Of a DNA stretch of 64,000 nucleotides, positions 49,587-63,732 are shown piece after piece (positions within the stretch are counted from its first letter, which is position 1; every line of letters starts with the position of its first letter). The position numbers and the translations under genes were made by a program. A model generated the notes under the pieces. The model worked only from the letters and a program-made list of their open reading frames with translations, did not search any database and was not told the DNA's origin. This DNA is from Eledone cirrhosa. Its lineage: Eukaryota. The stretch covers positions 70,308,001 to 70,372,000 of the forward strand of contig OZ024742.1 in assembly GCA_964016885.1 (NCBI GenBank). The letters are read 5' to 3'.

Positions 49587-49707
49587 CTGGAAGAAAAACA
49601 AGAACATCATAATTCTAAGGTTTTTCGTTTGTGAAGCTCATTAGTTTGACAGTTGTAGATTATCATTATTACTAGCATATTAAGCTGTTAAAAAAAATGA
49701 CAGGGTT

Positions 49708-49870
49708 TCATCATCATCATCGTTTAACGTCCATCTTCCACGCTTGCATGGGTTAAACGGGAGTTGTCCCACTTGAGCCAAGGTTGGTCGGGTGACCGTG
49801 TCTCGCTTATATAGGACTATCTGGCAGGTTTTCTACAGCTGGATGCCCTTCCTAACACCAACCACATTTA
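49708..49870 (-). mobile_element. RTE LINE/SINE 3'-tail fragment
   Basis: GGAAGGGCATCCAGCTGTAG module + AACCCATGCAAGCGTGG...GGACGTTAAACGATGATG. Confidence 0.75.
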
Positions 49871-51129
49871 AGTGTTTATAGTAAACAAATTCTAAAGATG
49901 CTTCAATCCTTGATTATTCTTAACCTTCTCCTTCTTGTCACTCCAGCCAATGCTGTATTTCATTTTACATTGATTTAAATGAATTACAATAATTTTATTC
50001 CATATTTTCTTTAATTTTGACCAAACATCATTCCACTAAGTTACAATGTCTTTGTTCTAGCTATATATCTATCTGTCTTTCTATCTTCGGACTGCTATTG
50101 GGATCTGCGCTTTATTATTATTGTTCTTGATGTATATTTACATTTGTAAATATACATTCATCTATTTAGATAGATAGGGGAACAGATAGATAAAGACATA
50201 GATAGAGGGACAGAAAGATATAGAGTGAGAGAGAGACAGATGCTGTTTTTTTTTTCTTGTCCAATACATAAGTAGATAACTGCAGATAGTTGTTATCAAG
50301 CTACTGACCAGCTGGAATGTGAACACATCTTGTCAACACTGTGTGAGAGAGAGGCAGGGAAGAAGATATCATAGCATATATATGCTCAAATTACCACTTC
50401 CTAAACAAATGTATCACAAAGTAGTTGTTACATGATCATGCCTTTTGTTATAACAGAGTGTGAAGGATGATGGCTTGGCAGAACTGGCAAATTGCCAGAT
50501 AAAATGCTAAGAGACAGTTTACAACCCTTTATATTCTGAGTTAAACCAAAGTCAACTAAACCTTTCTTTCTTCCAGGGACAATAAAATGAAGTACCAGTT
50601 AAGTACTGGGGTCAATATAACTGATTTCCCCTCCTCCCAAATTGCTAACTTTGTGCCTAAATTAGAAGCCATTATTATTAAGGGATTGACAGAATGTCAA
50701 GCAAAATTATCTTGTAGCATTAATGTTTCTTTGCATTCTGATTTCAATACCTGCCAGAGACAACTTTGTCTTTCATTTATCCAAGATCAATAAACTAAGT
50801 CAAGTACTAGAGCCAATAAAATCCCTAATTTTGTCCCCTGTAAATTTATATAATCCCTAATACCATCCGCTATAAATTTATATAATCCCTAATAATGTGG
50901 CCTTCCACCAGTACTAGAAATTATTAGTTTCCAAAAGGAAGTGAACTGTCAGAATCATTAGGGCGTCAACCAATGCTTTACAGCAGTTATTCTGGCTCTT
51001 TGCATTCTAAGTTCAAATCCGACTATGGCCAAATTTGCCTTTCATTCTGTTCATTCACACCAGCCACAAAGCCAAGGAAATCATTGAATGGTTTAAATAC
51101 CATCAAACCATGGTCTACGGCCTTGCAAA

Positions 51130-51430
51130 GGCATATGGGGCCTCAGACGACAAGTATTATAGCCCACGTCATGGTGCTTGGCATCGTTAGCAGTGAGCTT
51201 GTTCCCATCCCCGACGGCCACTACCTTGGTGCCAATGGCAACATGAGGCTCCTGGATGAGTACATCAAGCCTTGGATGGACAGGGTGGCTAATGGGAGGC
51301 CCTACATCTTTCAACAGGACACCACCCAGGCCTTGCTCTTTGCCAACGTGCTGTAACACTGGTTGACCAACTTAGGCACCCACCCACCCTCATCACCATC
51401 GCCAGATTGTAATCCTCTTGACTATTTTTA
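51130..51430 (+). mobile_element. Tc1 transposase DDE-domain remnant
   Basis: VMVLGIVSSE...IKPWMDRVANGRPYIFQQD...PSPDCNPLDY. Confidence 0.65.
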
Positions 51431-51910
51431 TTATCCATTTTTTTCCAGATTTATCTGTGCCACACTCTACACTTAGGAACTTGTCTCGTCTCACTAAGAA
51501 GATATGAGTGGTTCTCTGTCTTTAGCTCAGCTGAGCTAAAACACTTTTTGCTAATTTCAAAACTTGATCCATCAGTTTAATACCCTGTAGTTGCTCTTTT
51601 CTAGAGTAACACCTTTACTGTTATAGCAATTAATAATTATACCATCACAAGTATCTCAGCAACTATCCTTGATGGCCTGGCAGCATTCCCTTCTTCATAT
51701 CTTGAAAGGTCTCTTTAAATATTTAACTCTCAACTTCAACATCGGGTCACTCTGTTGGATCTCCACATTCAGCAAACTCTCATAACAACATTTCAACTCC
51801 TTTTCTATTCCTTTGCTAAGCCTACTCACAATTATTGGTACTATCTGCATTTGGTGATCCTACCTGTTGATACTTAAGCAATTTTTCTGTTTATTATTAT
51901 AACTACATAA

Positions 51911-52092
51911 GGGCGGTGCATTGGCAGTATCCATAGAGTATCAGATACCATGCTTTGCAGCATAGTTACGACCCTTTACGGTCTGAGTTCAAATTATGCC
52001 GAGGTTGTAGATATACGGGTTGATAAAATAAAGCACTAGTAATGCACTGGGATAATTGCTGGCCTTGTGCCAAAGGTAGAAACAATTATTAT
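51911..52092 (+). mobile_element. Nin-like SINE
   Basis: Same family as 21415/33843. Confidence 0.75.
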
Positions 52093-52265
52093 AACTATAC
52101 ATACCACTTTTGACTGTAGTTTTTCTATTCTTTCATCTTTACTTCGGATTGTCTGAAATAGCGAGTAATGGTAAAGTAAACATTAAAGAGTGAAGGATAA
52201 TTGGAAAGAATGTGAGGCTAATGTATGGAGTGTTGAGAAGTATCATATGAAATAATAAGACTTAC

Positions 52266-52308
52266 CTTTTTCAAAGCTTTCAGTTTATCAACATTCTCTT
52301 CTTCATAT
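52266..52308 (-). CDS. RB1CC1: RB1CC1 exon (YEEENVDKLKALKK, coiled coil)
   Basis: ttcatattgtag| ... AAG|GTAAG. Ends in phase 0, matching the next exon. Confidence 0.75.
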
Positions 52309-52677
52309 CTACAATATGAACAATAAAATTAATTAGTAATGGTGATGGTTTAGTAATGGTAATATCAGAGTGCCTAGCTACACAGCAGTGTATAAAATAT
52401 GATGATGGTGATGATGATGGAGGTACCTAGAAATATAATTCAATCAATTCTGCTGTCCCTACTCCTGTTTATAAACATATCATTTGGTAGGGATTGAATT
52501 TAGAACATATTTCTTTGAACACTTTTCATCACTAAATCAAAGTGCTAGAGTTTCCAAAATGTTTAAGATGGAGAAAAGGTTATTTAGGTACCAGATCTCA
52601 CATCAGTATAAAGCCATTTGTGAAATACAGTACAAGTCAAAGATGACATCATTAAACTATATTACAGATAAAAAAAT

Positions 52678-52865
52678 TATACATATATATATACACATAT
52701 ATATACATATACACATATATATACATATACACATATATATACATATACACATATATATACATATACACATATATATATATACATATACACACATATATAT
52801 ATATATACACATATATATACATATATATATACATATATACATATATACATATATATATACATATC
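52678..52865. repeat. TA/CA compound microsatellite
   Basis: (ACATATATATAC)-type units. Confidence 0.95.
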
Positions 52866-55197
52866 AGGTAGCCAGGAGGGTAGCTAGGAGACAAGTGTAC
52901 TTCGCAAGAAGGGAAGCAGAGGAAAGAAAGTTCAAGCATGTTCTACAACGTGAGGACCAAAAACGTGAGGTGTTCAGGATTGCCAGGCAATGTGTCAAGG
53001 AAAACCGTGATATTGTCGGGGAGAAGTGTGTGCTTAACGATGATGGCATACTTGCCATCACCGACGCTGATAAGAAGGTAGCTTGGAAGTGTCACTACGA
53101 AAGGCTTCTAAATGAGGAGAACAAATGGGAGAAAGACAGTCTCCCCCACATCGATCCAATAGAGGGACCAGCAGTGTTAGTCCAGGGTAGTACAATAAGC
53201 AAGGCAATCAAAGATATGAAGACGGGTAAGGCGGCTGGTCCTTCGGAAATAGTTGCTGAGATGCTGAAGGCATCTGGTTCGGTGGGACACACCATGGTCA
53301 CCCGGATAGTTAACCAAGTCGTACAGAATGGGGTTGTTCCGAAGGACTGGCGTAGCAGCATCATCGTTAACTGCTATAAGGGAAAAGGAGATGCCCTAGA
53401 TAGGAGTAACTATAGAGGCATTAAATTAATCGACCAGGTCATGAAGGTCACGGAAAAAGTAATAGCGCAACTAATCAGAGAGAGAATTGATCTAGATGAA
53501 ATGCAGTTCGGGTTTGTGTCAGGCAAAAGCACCACAGACGCTCTTTTCATTGTACGACAACTACAGGAGAAGTACCTAGCTAAAAGTAAACCCCTATACT
53601 TAGCTTTCGTCGACTTGGAGAAAGCCTTCGACAGAGTCCCCCGTTCCATTATCTGGTGATCTCTTAGAAAACTAGGTGTTGACGAATGGCTTGTGAGAGC
53701 TATACAAGCCATGTATAAAGAAACAGTCAGTAAGGTTAGAATTAACAACGAATATAGTGAAGAGTTTAGCGTAAAAGTTGGTGTCCATCAGGGCTCTGTT
53801 CTTAGCCCCCTACTATTTATTATTGCCCTTCAGGCTATAACAGAGGAGTTCAAGACCGGCTGCCCATGGGAACTCCTATACGCAGATGATCTAACGCTCA
53901 TAGCTGAATCAATGACCGAACTAGAGAAGAAATTCCAAACATGGAAGCACGGCCTAGAATCAAAAGGCCTTAAAATTAACCTGGCTAAGACAAAAGTTCT
54001 AGTTTGTAGGAAAGAAAATATGGCGGCAGTCCCATCTGGGAAATGGCCATGCTCAGTGTGTAGGAAAGGCGTAGGTAGAAACTCCATTTTATGTCCCAAA
54101 TGCAAAGTATGGGTGCATAAAAGATGTAGTGGGATCACAGGTAAGCTAAGAACATAGATTTTACATGTGGCCGGTGCTCTGGTGCAATAAGTAGCAGCAA
54201 GTGCCCACAATACTAGCTCTTACAACTGCACAGAGGGCTCTATAGAAATAGTGGACAGCTTCCGTTACCTGGGTGACAAAATCAGCAGTGGGGGAGGGTG
54301 CTCTGAAAGTACAGTAGCTAGAGTCAGAACTGGATGGAAAAAGTTCAGAGAGCTTATACCACTATTAGCCGCTAAAGAGTTCTCCCTAAAAATGAAAGGC
54401 AGGTTGTATGATACCTGCATACGAACAGCAATGTTGCATGGCAGTGAGATCTGGGCATTGTGTGCAGAGGATATACGCAGACTAGAGAGGAACGAAGCTT
54501 GCATGCTCCGCTGGATGTGTAATAGTAATATACGTGAACGGCAAAGCATAAACGAACTAAGGAAAAAATTAAAAATAAGAGGGATCAGATGTTGTTTACT
54601 CGAGAGAAGGCTACGTTGGTATGGACACGTGATGCGCATGAAAGTCGATAGCTGTATAACAAAGTGCAGGGCAATAAAGATAGACGGTAGCCACGGAATA
54701 GGCAGACCTAGAAAAACCTGGGACGAAGTGATAAACTCCGACCTCACACACTTACACCTCTCCAAGACAATGTCACTGGACCGAGACCTTTGGCGGTACT
54801 CAGTAATAGAGAAGACCCGCCTTACCTAAATACATAGTAAAACCTACTACAGCCAGTAGGCATCTCTAACAAAATACACCATCCACACCACCCCGTTCTA
54901 TGTAAAGTTATGTTGGTGCCACACCATCCAGGCCGAAACAAATGAGATCGTGTAGGTGTCACGACAAAAAAACACACAGTCCACGCTGTATGTGGCCGTG
55001 TCGGCAAAACGGTAAAAACCTCCCAGACCCACACTGTAAATGTGGTTGGTGTTAGGAAGGGCATCCAACTGTAGAAAACCTGCCAGACAGTCCTATGCGA
55101 GCAAGACAATCACTCTTGCCTCAAGTGGGAATACCCCCGTCCAAACCCATGCAAGCGTGGAACACGGACATTAAACGTTGATGATGGTGATGATGAT
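52866..55197 (+). mobile_element. RTE LINE (family C), 5'-truncated
   Basis: RT ORF with one stop (53657) and one frameshift (~54155), PHD finger 54050-54177, ORF end 54829, 3' UTR module, (GAT)n tail. Confidence 0.95.
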
Positions 55198-55458
55198 ATA
55201 TAGATACATATATATAGATACATATATATAGATACATATATATATAGATACATATATATAGATACATACATATAGATACATATATATATAGATACATACA
55301 TATAGATACATACATATAGATACATATATATAGATACATATATATAGATACATACATATAGATACATACATATAGATAGATACATACATACATACATATA
55401 TATACATACATACATACATACATATATATACATACATATAGATACATACATATATATA

Positions 55459-55511
55459 TTACTCTTTTACCTGTTTCAGCCATCCGGCTGAGGCCATGCT
55501 GGGGCACCGCC
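55459..55511 (-). mobile_element. SINE/LINE 3'-end stem-loop fragment inside microsatellite
   Basis: GGCGGTGCCCCAGCATGGCC...CTGAAACAGGTAAAAGAGTA on -. Confidence 0.6.
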
Positions 55512-55515
55512 CATA

Positions 55516-55555
<40 letters not shown>

Positions 55556-57202
55556 CATCATCATCATCATCATCACCGTTTTACGTCCGTTCTTCCACGC
55601 TAGCATGGGTTAGACGGGTTGTCCTGTTGTGGGCAGTGTCTGGTCGGCTGACCATGCCTTGCTCATACAGGAACTGATCTGGCTTGATTTCTACAGCTGG
55701 ATGCCCTTCCTAACACCAACCTCATTTACAGTGAGTGCTGGGTGCTTTTTCGTGGCGCCTACACGTCCACTTTACAGTGTGGGCTGGGTGCTTTTTTGCC
55801 GTGGCACCTCCACGACCACCTTGCGGTGGGGGGGGGGGGGGGGGGCATATTGTTTATATGCTTCAGCATGTACCCATGGGAGGTCGGGTACCCTGTATTA
55901 CTGCGTGACGCCAGAAGTCACGGTCGTGTGTCATTGACTTTGAGAGGTGTAGTTGGGTAAGGTCGGCTTTTATCACCTCATCCCAAGTCATCTTGGGTCT
56001 CCCCACTCCGCGGTTTCCATCAACTTCTAGTGCTCTGCACCTTTTTATGCAGCTGTCATCCTTCATACGCATCACATGTCCATACCAGCGTAACCGCCTC
56101 TCCTGCACGCAGCATTTGATTCCTCTTATGCTCAGTCTCTCTCTCAATTCATTTATGCTTTGTCGTTCACGTATATTACTGTTACACATCCATCGGAGCA
56201 TGCAGGCTTCGTTTCTCTCTAATCTACGTAAGTCTTCCACCTTCAGCGCCCAGGTCTCACTACCATGCAACATCGCTGTTCGGATACACGCATCATACAG
56301 TCTGCCTTTCATTCTGAGGGAGAAGCCTTTTGCAGCTAGCAGTGGTAGTAGTTCCCTAAACTTCTTCCATCCCGTTCTTACCCTAGTTATTGTACTTTCT
56401 GAGCACCCACCTCCGTTGCTAATTCGGTCACCTAGGTAGCAGAAGCTGTCTACTGTTTCTACAGGGCCTTCCCAGAGATTGGTGGTACTTGTTTCCTGTG
56501 GCTGTTTGCTTGCTGTTTCAGCACAGCTGCTGCATGTGAATCCTACATTCTTAATTAAGCTTCCTGAGATCCCGCTACATCTCTTGTGTACCCATTGTTT
56601 GCATTTGGGCAAAGAATGGAGTTCCTACCTACACCTTTCCTACATACTGAGCAAGGCCATTTCCCTGAGGGGATCTGGGTTCTGTTTTCTCGTCTACTTA
56701 TAAGGACCTTAGTCTTTGTCATGTTGACTTTGAGGCCCTTTCTCTCTAGTCCCTGCTTCCAGGTTTGGAATTTATTCTCTAGTTCTACCATAGATTCAGC
56801 TATGAGTGCGAGGTCATCAGCATACAGGAGTTCCCATGGGCATCCGGTTTTAAACTCCTCCGTTATTGCCTGCAGGACTATGATGAACAGGAGAGGGCTA
56901 AGAACAGAGCCCTGGTGGACCCCAACCTGTACGCTAAATTCCTCGCTATACTCATTGCCAATCCTAACTTTGCTGACTGCTCCCCTATACATGGCTTGTA
57001 CCGCTTTCACAAGCCATTCATCTACTCCTAGTTTTCTAAGAGCCCACCAGATTACTGCACGTGGAACTCTGTCAAAGGCTTTCTCAAGGTCGACAAATGC
57101 CAAGTAGAGTGGCTTACTTTTAGCTAGGTACTTTTCCTGTAATTGCCTCACAAGGAAGAGCGCATCAGTGGTGCCTTTCCATATATGGCACCAGTGGTGC
57201 CT
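55556..57202 (-). mobile_element. Young RTE LINE (family B), 5'-truncated
   Basis: Highly similar to 35137-36750. One 1-nt frameshift in the PHD region. Confidence 0.95.
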
Positions 57203-57218
57203 ATACATATATATATAC

Positions 57219-57256
<38 letters not shown>

Positions 57257-57302
57257 ACATATATACATACATATATATATATACATACATATATATATAT
57301 AC

Positions 57303-57340
<38 letters not shown>

Positions 57341-57496
57341 ACATATATATATATAAATATATATATATAAATATATATATATAAATATATATATATACAT
57401 ATATATATATAAATATATATATATACATATATATATATACATATATATATATACATATATATATATACATATATATATATACATATATATATATAC

Positions 57497-57536
<40 letters not shown>

Positions 57537-58154
57537 ACATATATATATATACATATATATATATACATATACATACATATATATACATATACATACATAT
57601 ATATATATACACATATATACATACACATATATATATACACATATATACATACACATATATATATACACATATATACATACATATATATATATATACATAT
57701 ATATAAATACATATATATATATATATACACATATATAAATACATACATATATATATACACATATATAAATACATACATATATATATACACATATATATAA
57801 ATACATATATATATACACATATATATAAATACATATATATATACACATATATATAAATACATATATATATACATACATATATATACATATATATATACAT
57901 ACATACATATATATATACATACATACATATATATATACATACATACATATATATATACATACATACATATATATATACATACATACATATATATATATAC
58001 ATACATACATACATATATATATATATACATACATACATATATATATATACATACATACATACATACATATACATACATACATATATATACATACATACAT
58101 ACATATATATATACATACATACATATATATACATACATACATACATATACATAC

Positions 58155-58193
<39 letters not shown>

Positions 58194-58357
58194 CATACAT
58201 ATATATATATACATATATATACATACATACATATATATATACATATATATACATACATACATATATATATATACATATATATACATACATACATATATAT
58301 ATATACATATATATACATACATACATATATATATATACATACATATACATACATACA

Positions 58358-58389
<32 letters not shown>

Positions 58390-58393
58390 CATA

Positions 58394-58425
<32 letters not shown>

Positions 58426-58471
58426 CATATATATATATACATATATATATATACATATATATATATACATA

Positions 58472-58503
<32 letters not shown>

Positions 58504-58720
58504 CATACATATATATACATACATACATATATATATATACATATACATATATATACATACATACATATATATATATATACATATATATACATACATACAT
58601 ATATATATATATACATATATATACATACATACATATATATACATATATATACATACATACATATATATATATACATATATATACATATACATATATATAC
58701 ATACATACATATATACATAC

Positions 58721-58769
<49 letters not shown>

Positions 58770-59057
58770 CATATATATACATACATACATATATATATAT
58801 ACATATATATACATACATACATATATATATATACATATATATACATACATATATATATATATGTATACATATATATACATACATACATATATATATATAT
58901 GTATACATACATATACATACATACATATATATACATACATACATACATATATATATATATACATATATATACATATACATATATACATATATATACATAC
59001 ATACATATATATATATACATATATATACATACATACATATATATATATATAGATACA
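57203..59057. repeat. ~1.85-kb TA/CA compound microsatellite
   Basis: (TA)n interleaved with ATAC, ACAC and TAAAT variants. Confidence 0.97.
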
Positions 59058-60574
59058 TAATATGAAGACTATAATAGTCTTTAAGGAAAGTTCTAATAAG
59101 ATTTTTGTTTTTTTCTATTTCTGAGAGGCTAAGGTTGTTGGAAAGAAGAAGACAGTCGTGACGATATAAACCACCTTTAAGGTGGGGAAAGGAAGCATTT
59201 ATGTTAAAAAGAAGAAAGAGGCCCACAAGATCAGTAATTTGGGCAGAATCGCTTGAAATAGAAAAAAACAAAAAGCTTATTAGAACTTTCCTTAAAGACT
59301 ATTATAGTCTTCATATTACTTTTGAAAACACAAGTAAAGTAGTTAATTTCCTAGATATAACTTTAGACTTAACTATGGGTATCTACCAACCTTACCATAA
59401 ACCCAACCAAATCTTACACTACATACACTCACAATCTGATCACCCTAAATCTATACTTAAAAACCTTGCATATAATATATCACTTAGAATTTCTAACCTT
59501 TCGTCTAACCAAGATGTATTTGATAAAAATGCGACCTTCTATAACGAAGCTCTAGATAGAAGTGGCCACAAAAATAGATTGGAATATATACCTTCTACTA
59601 AAAACACTATAAACATACAACCTAATATTACCAACAAACACCAAATGAAAAGTACACACCTAAATGCCACTCACACTATACCCCAAAATACCAACATAAA
59701 ACCAATTTTCTCTAACTCCTCTAATATAAAGTATAGTAACTCTCAAAAAACTACTCATCATACAACTCTAATAAATGTTAATAATAAAACTCCTAATAAA
59801 CAAGATAAAACACCTAAATCAATAAATCTAACTAAAAATGTGCGTGGTGAGGTCATTAACATTAATCCTCCTAGTAAACATCACGATGCAACCTATAAAA
59901 ATAATAAACAACATAGAAACCGTAATAGACAAGTTACTTGGTATAATGCTCCATTTAATTTACAAATGAAGGATGATATTGCTAAAAAATTTGTTTATAT
60001 CCTAGAGAAAAACTTCCCGCCAAACCACAAATACCATCAAATCTTAAATAGATCAACAGTTAAATTCTCATACTCAACAACCAAAAACATAAAACAAAAT
60101 ATAAGTGCCTATAATGCATATAAATGTAAAAAAACCATAAGTATACCACCAATACATCAAACTAACCATAATATCTCCTCAAATACAGAATTAACGAAAG
60201 GTTGTAACTGTAGAAACAAAGCAAACTGCCCATTAAAAGGAAATTGTCTTGTTAACAACATAGTTTATAAATGTAAAGTTAAAACTAAAGATTCTATTTG
60301 CTCATATATAGGAGCTACTTCTAACAATTTTAAGGTAAGGTTTAATACCCAGAAACATAGTTTTAAAAATGCCGCACTGGCTATTACAACATCTCTAGCA
60401 GAAAAAATTAATAGTTATAGAAATAAGAATATAGAATATGATATGACCTGGAGTGTGCTCAAAAGAGCCACCCCTTATCAAAATAATAGAAATGAATGTA
60501 GATTGTGTTCCCAAGAACTATTTGAAATAATGAAATCTAAGGATATCCTATTAAATAAGCGACAGGAATTAATT

Positions 60575-61490
60575 ATATCGTGTAATCATAAACTGAGAAA
60601 AACATTTAAATATTATAAACCTAATTAATAATATATATTTTAGAAATTAATATATAATTTAATTTAAATGTAGTTAACCTATAACTTTAATTTAATTAAA
60701 ATTCTACTACAGATGAGAATAAAAAATATTGTGTAATCATAAATTGTGAAAAACTTTTAAATATTATTAACATAATTAATATATACTTTGGAAATTAATT
60801 TATAGATTAATTTTAGTTTATTTAACCTTTTATTAAAATTCCTTTACAGATGAAATATAACAAAATATCGTGTAATCAATAACAGAGAAATACTTTTTAA
60901 TATTATAAACCTAATTAATGTACAATTTAGAAATTAATTTATAAATTAATTTTAATTTAATTAACCTATAATTTTAATTTAGTTAGCTTAAAATTAAAAT
61001 TCTAATACAGATGGATTGCAGAATATCATGTAATCATAAACTGAGAAAAACTTTTAAATATATACCTAATTAATATATTCTTTACAAATAAATATATAGA
61101 TTAATTTTAATATTTGTTAACCTATAATTATATTCTACTATAGATAAAATACAAAATCTGCTTTAATTATTATAAACCTAATTAACATATACTATAGAAA
61201 TTAATATATAATTTTTAGTTTAGTTAACCTATAATTTATATGCTACTACCGATGAAATACTTGATTTGGTTTTCCCTATTACTAAATTCATTTCCTAAAA
61301 TTGATACCATAATGTTAATATTTTTAATTTAGTTATGCTATATTAATACTCTACTACTGTTTAACTTCAAAATTCCGCTTTAAATATTATAAACCTAAGT
61401 AGTATACACCTTAGAAATCAATATATTAACTATTTTTAATTTAGTTAACCTATAATTAATAGTCTACTTATATTAAAATGCATAATTTTG
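60575..61490 (+). repeat. Degenerate ~140-155-bp tandem repeat at the Penelope 3' end
   Basis: ATATC.TGTAATCATAAACTGAGAAAAAC.TTTAAATATTATAAACCTAATTAAT recurs about 4 times in full plus partial copies. Confidence 0.85.
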
Positions 61491-61496
61491 CCTTCT

Positions 61497-61660
61497 TTAA
61501 ATGTGGTTGGTGTTAGGAAGGGCATCCAACTGTAGAAAACCTGCCAGACAGTCCTATGCGAGCAAGACAATCACTCTTGCCTCAAGTGGGACTACCCCCG
61601 TCCAAACCCATGCAAGCGTGGAACACGGACGTTAAACGTTGATGATGATGATGATGATGA
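61497..61660 (+). mobile_element. RTE family C 3'-tail insertion
   Basis: Near-identical to 55037-55197. Confidence 0.9.
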
Positions 61661-62047
<387 letters not shown>

Positions 62048-62146
62048 GCTTTATTTTTATATTTTTATATTTTTTATCATTTTTCGCTATATGTCTCTCC
62101 ACCACTCCCCTACACACCTTTTGAACTCTGTTCCCACACACTTCTC

Positions 62147-62178
62147 ACCTGAGGAAGGGCTTATGCCCGAAACGTCGT
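62147..62178 (+). ncRNA. Minimal type-I hammerhead ribozyme-like motif (Penelope type)
   Basis: CTGAGGA-A-GGGC-TTAT-GCCC-GAAA-CGTC. Helix I has only about 2 bp. Confidence 0.55.
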
Positions 62179-62271
62179 CCCCCACCTACCCCCCACTCTC
62201 CTGAGAGTTAAATTAATAAACATTTATTGTACTGCCTCTCTGTTTTGTAAATGTTCAAAAAATGTTTTCAT

Positions 62272-62601
62272 TATACATATACATATATACATATATATAT
62301 ATATACACATATACATATATACATATATATATATACACACATATACATATATACATATATATATATACACATATATATATACATATATATATACACATAT
62401 ATATACACATATATATACACACATATATATACACACATATATATACACATATATATATACATATATATATACACATATATATATACACACATATATATAT
62501 ATACATATATATACACATATATATATACATATATATATACACATATATATATACACATATATATACACACTTATATACACACACATATATATATACACAC
62601 A

Positions 62602-62667
<66 letters not shown>

Positions 62668-62700
62668 CATATATATATACACACATATATATATACACAC

Positions 62701-62731
<31 letters not shown>

Positions 62732-62808
62732 CATATATATATACACACATATATATATACACACATATATATATATACATATATATATATACATATATAT
62801 ATATACAC

Positions 62809-62839
<31 letters not shown>

Positions 62840-62856
62840 CACATATATATATACAC

Positions 62857-62887
<31 letters not shown>

Positions 62888-62904
62888 CACATATATATAT
62901 ACAC

Positions 62905-62935
<31 letters not shown>

Positions 62936-63033
62936 CATATATATATATACACATATATATATACACATATACACATATATATATACATATATACACATAT
63001 ATATATACATATATACACATATATACACATATA

Positions 63034-63115
<82 letters not shown>

Positions 63116-63166
63116 CATATATATATATACACACATATATATATATACACACATATATATATATAT

Positions 63167-63228
<62 letters not shown>
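62272..63228. repeat. ~950-bp TA/CA microsatellite
   Basis: Direct observation. Confidence 0.97.
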
Positions 63229-63229
<1 letters not shown>

Positions 63230-63640
63230 CCCAACTACTACCTTACCCAACTACACCTCTCAAAGTCAATGACACACGACCGTGACTTCTGGCGTCACGC
63301 AGTAATACAGGGTACCCGACCTCCCATGGGTACATGCTGAAGCATATAAACAATATGCCCCCCCCCCCCCCCCACCGCAAGGTGGTCGAGGAGGTGCCAC
63401 GGCAAAAAAGCACCCAGCCCACACTGTAAAGTGGACGTGTAGGCGCCACGAAAAAGCACCCAGCACTCACTGTAAATGAGGTTGGTGTTAGGAAGGGCAT
63501 CCAGCTGTAGAAATCAAGCCAGATCAGTTCCTGTATGAGCAAGGCATGGTCAGCCGACCAGACACTGCCCACAACAGGACAACCCGTCTAACCCATGCTA
63601 GCGTGGAAGAACGGACGTAAAACGGTGATGATGATGATGA
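63229..63640 (+). mobile_element. RTE family B 3'-end insertion (~400 bp)
   Basis: Near-perfect reverse complement of 55556-55962. Confidence 0.93.
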
Positions 63641-63649
63641 TACATATAT

Positions 63650-63696
<47 letters not shown>

Positions 63697-63699
63697 CAC

Positions 63700-63732
<33 letters not shown>

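Larger units (their letters stand above)
48713..52308 (-). other. RB1CC1: Gene model (last 5 coding exons): RB1-inducible coiled-coil 1 / FIP200 (ATG11-like Claw domain)
   Basis: Spliced translation DKVSITSFQPGDLVLLCLDEEHGHYVVFTVGNTLHFLHTDCL...EPWVLGIITDKEYCIAKKYQNRYRVPMGTKFYRVRAKPW matches the recalled human Claw EKIAIRDFQVGDLVLIILDERHDNYVLFTV...RPWVLGKVMEKEYCQAKKAQNRFKVPLGTKFYRVKAVSW. Confidence 0.95.

Noticed and set aside
51864-51886. Candidate 23-nt RB1CC1 microexon
   Set aside because: Would break the phase-0 join between the flanking exons.
56555-59271. 600-830 aa ORFs rich in Y/I/C/M/V, one fused to RT
   Set aside because: Stop-free frames of TA/CA microsatellite abutting a truncated LINE; not genes. 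The same applies to 52484-52939, 55110-55606 and 61582-63272.
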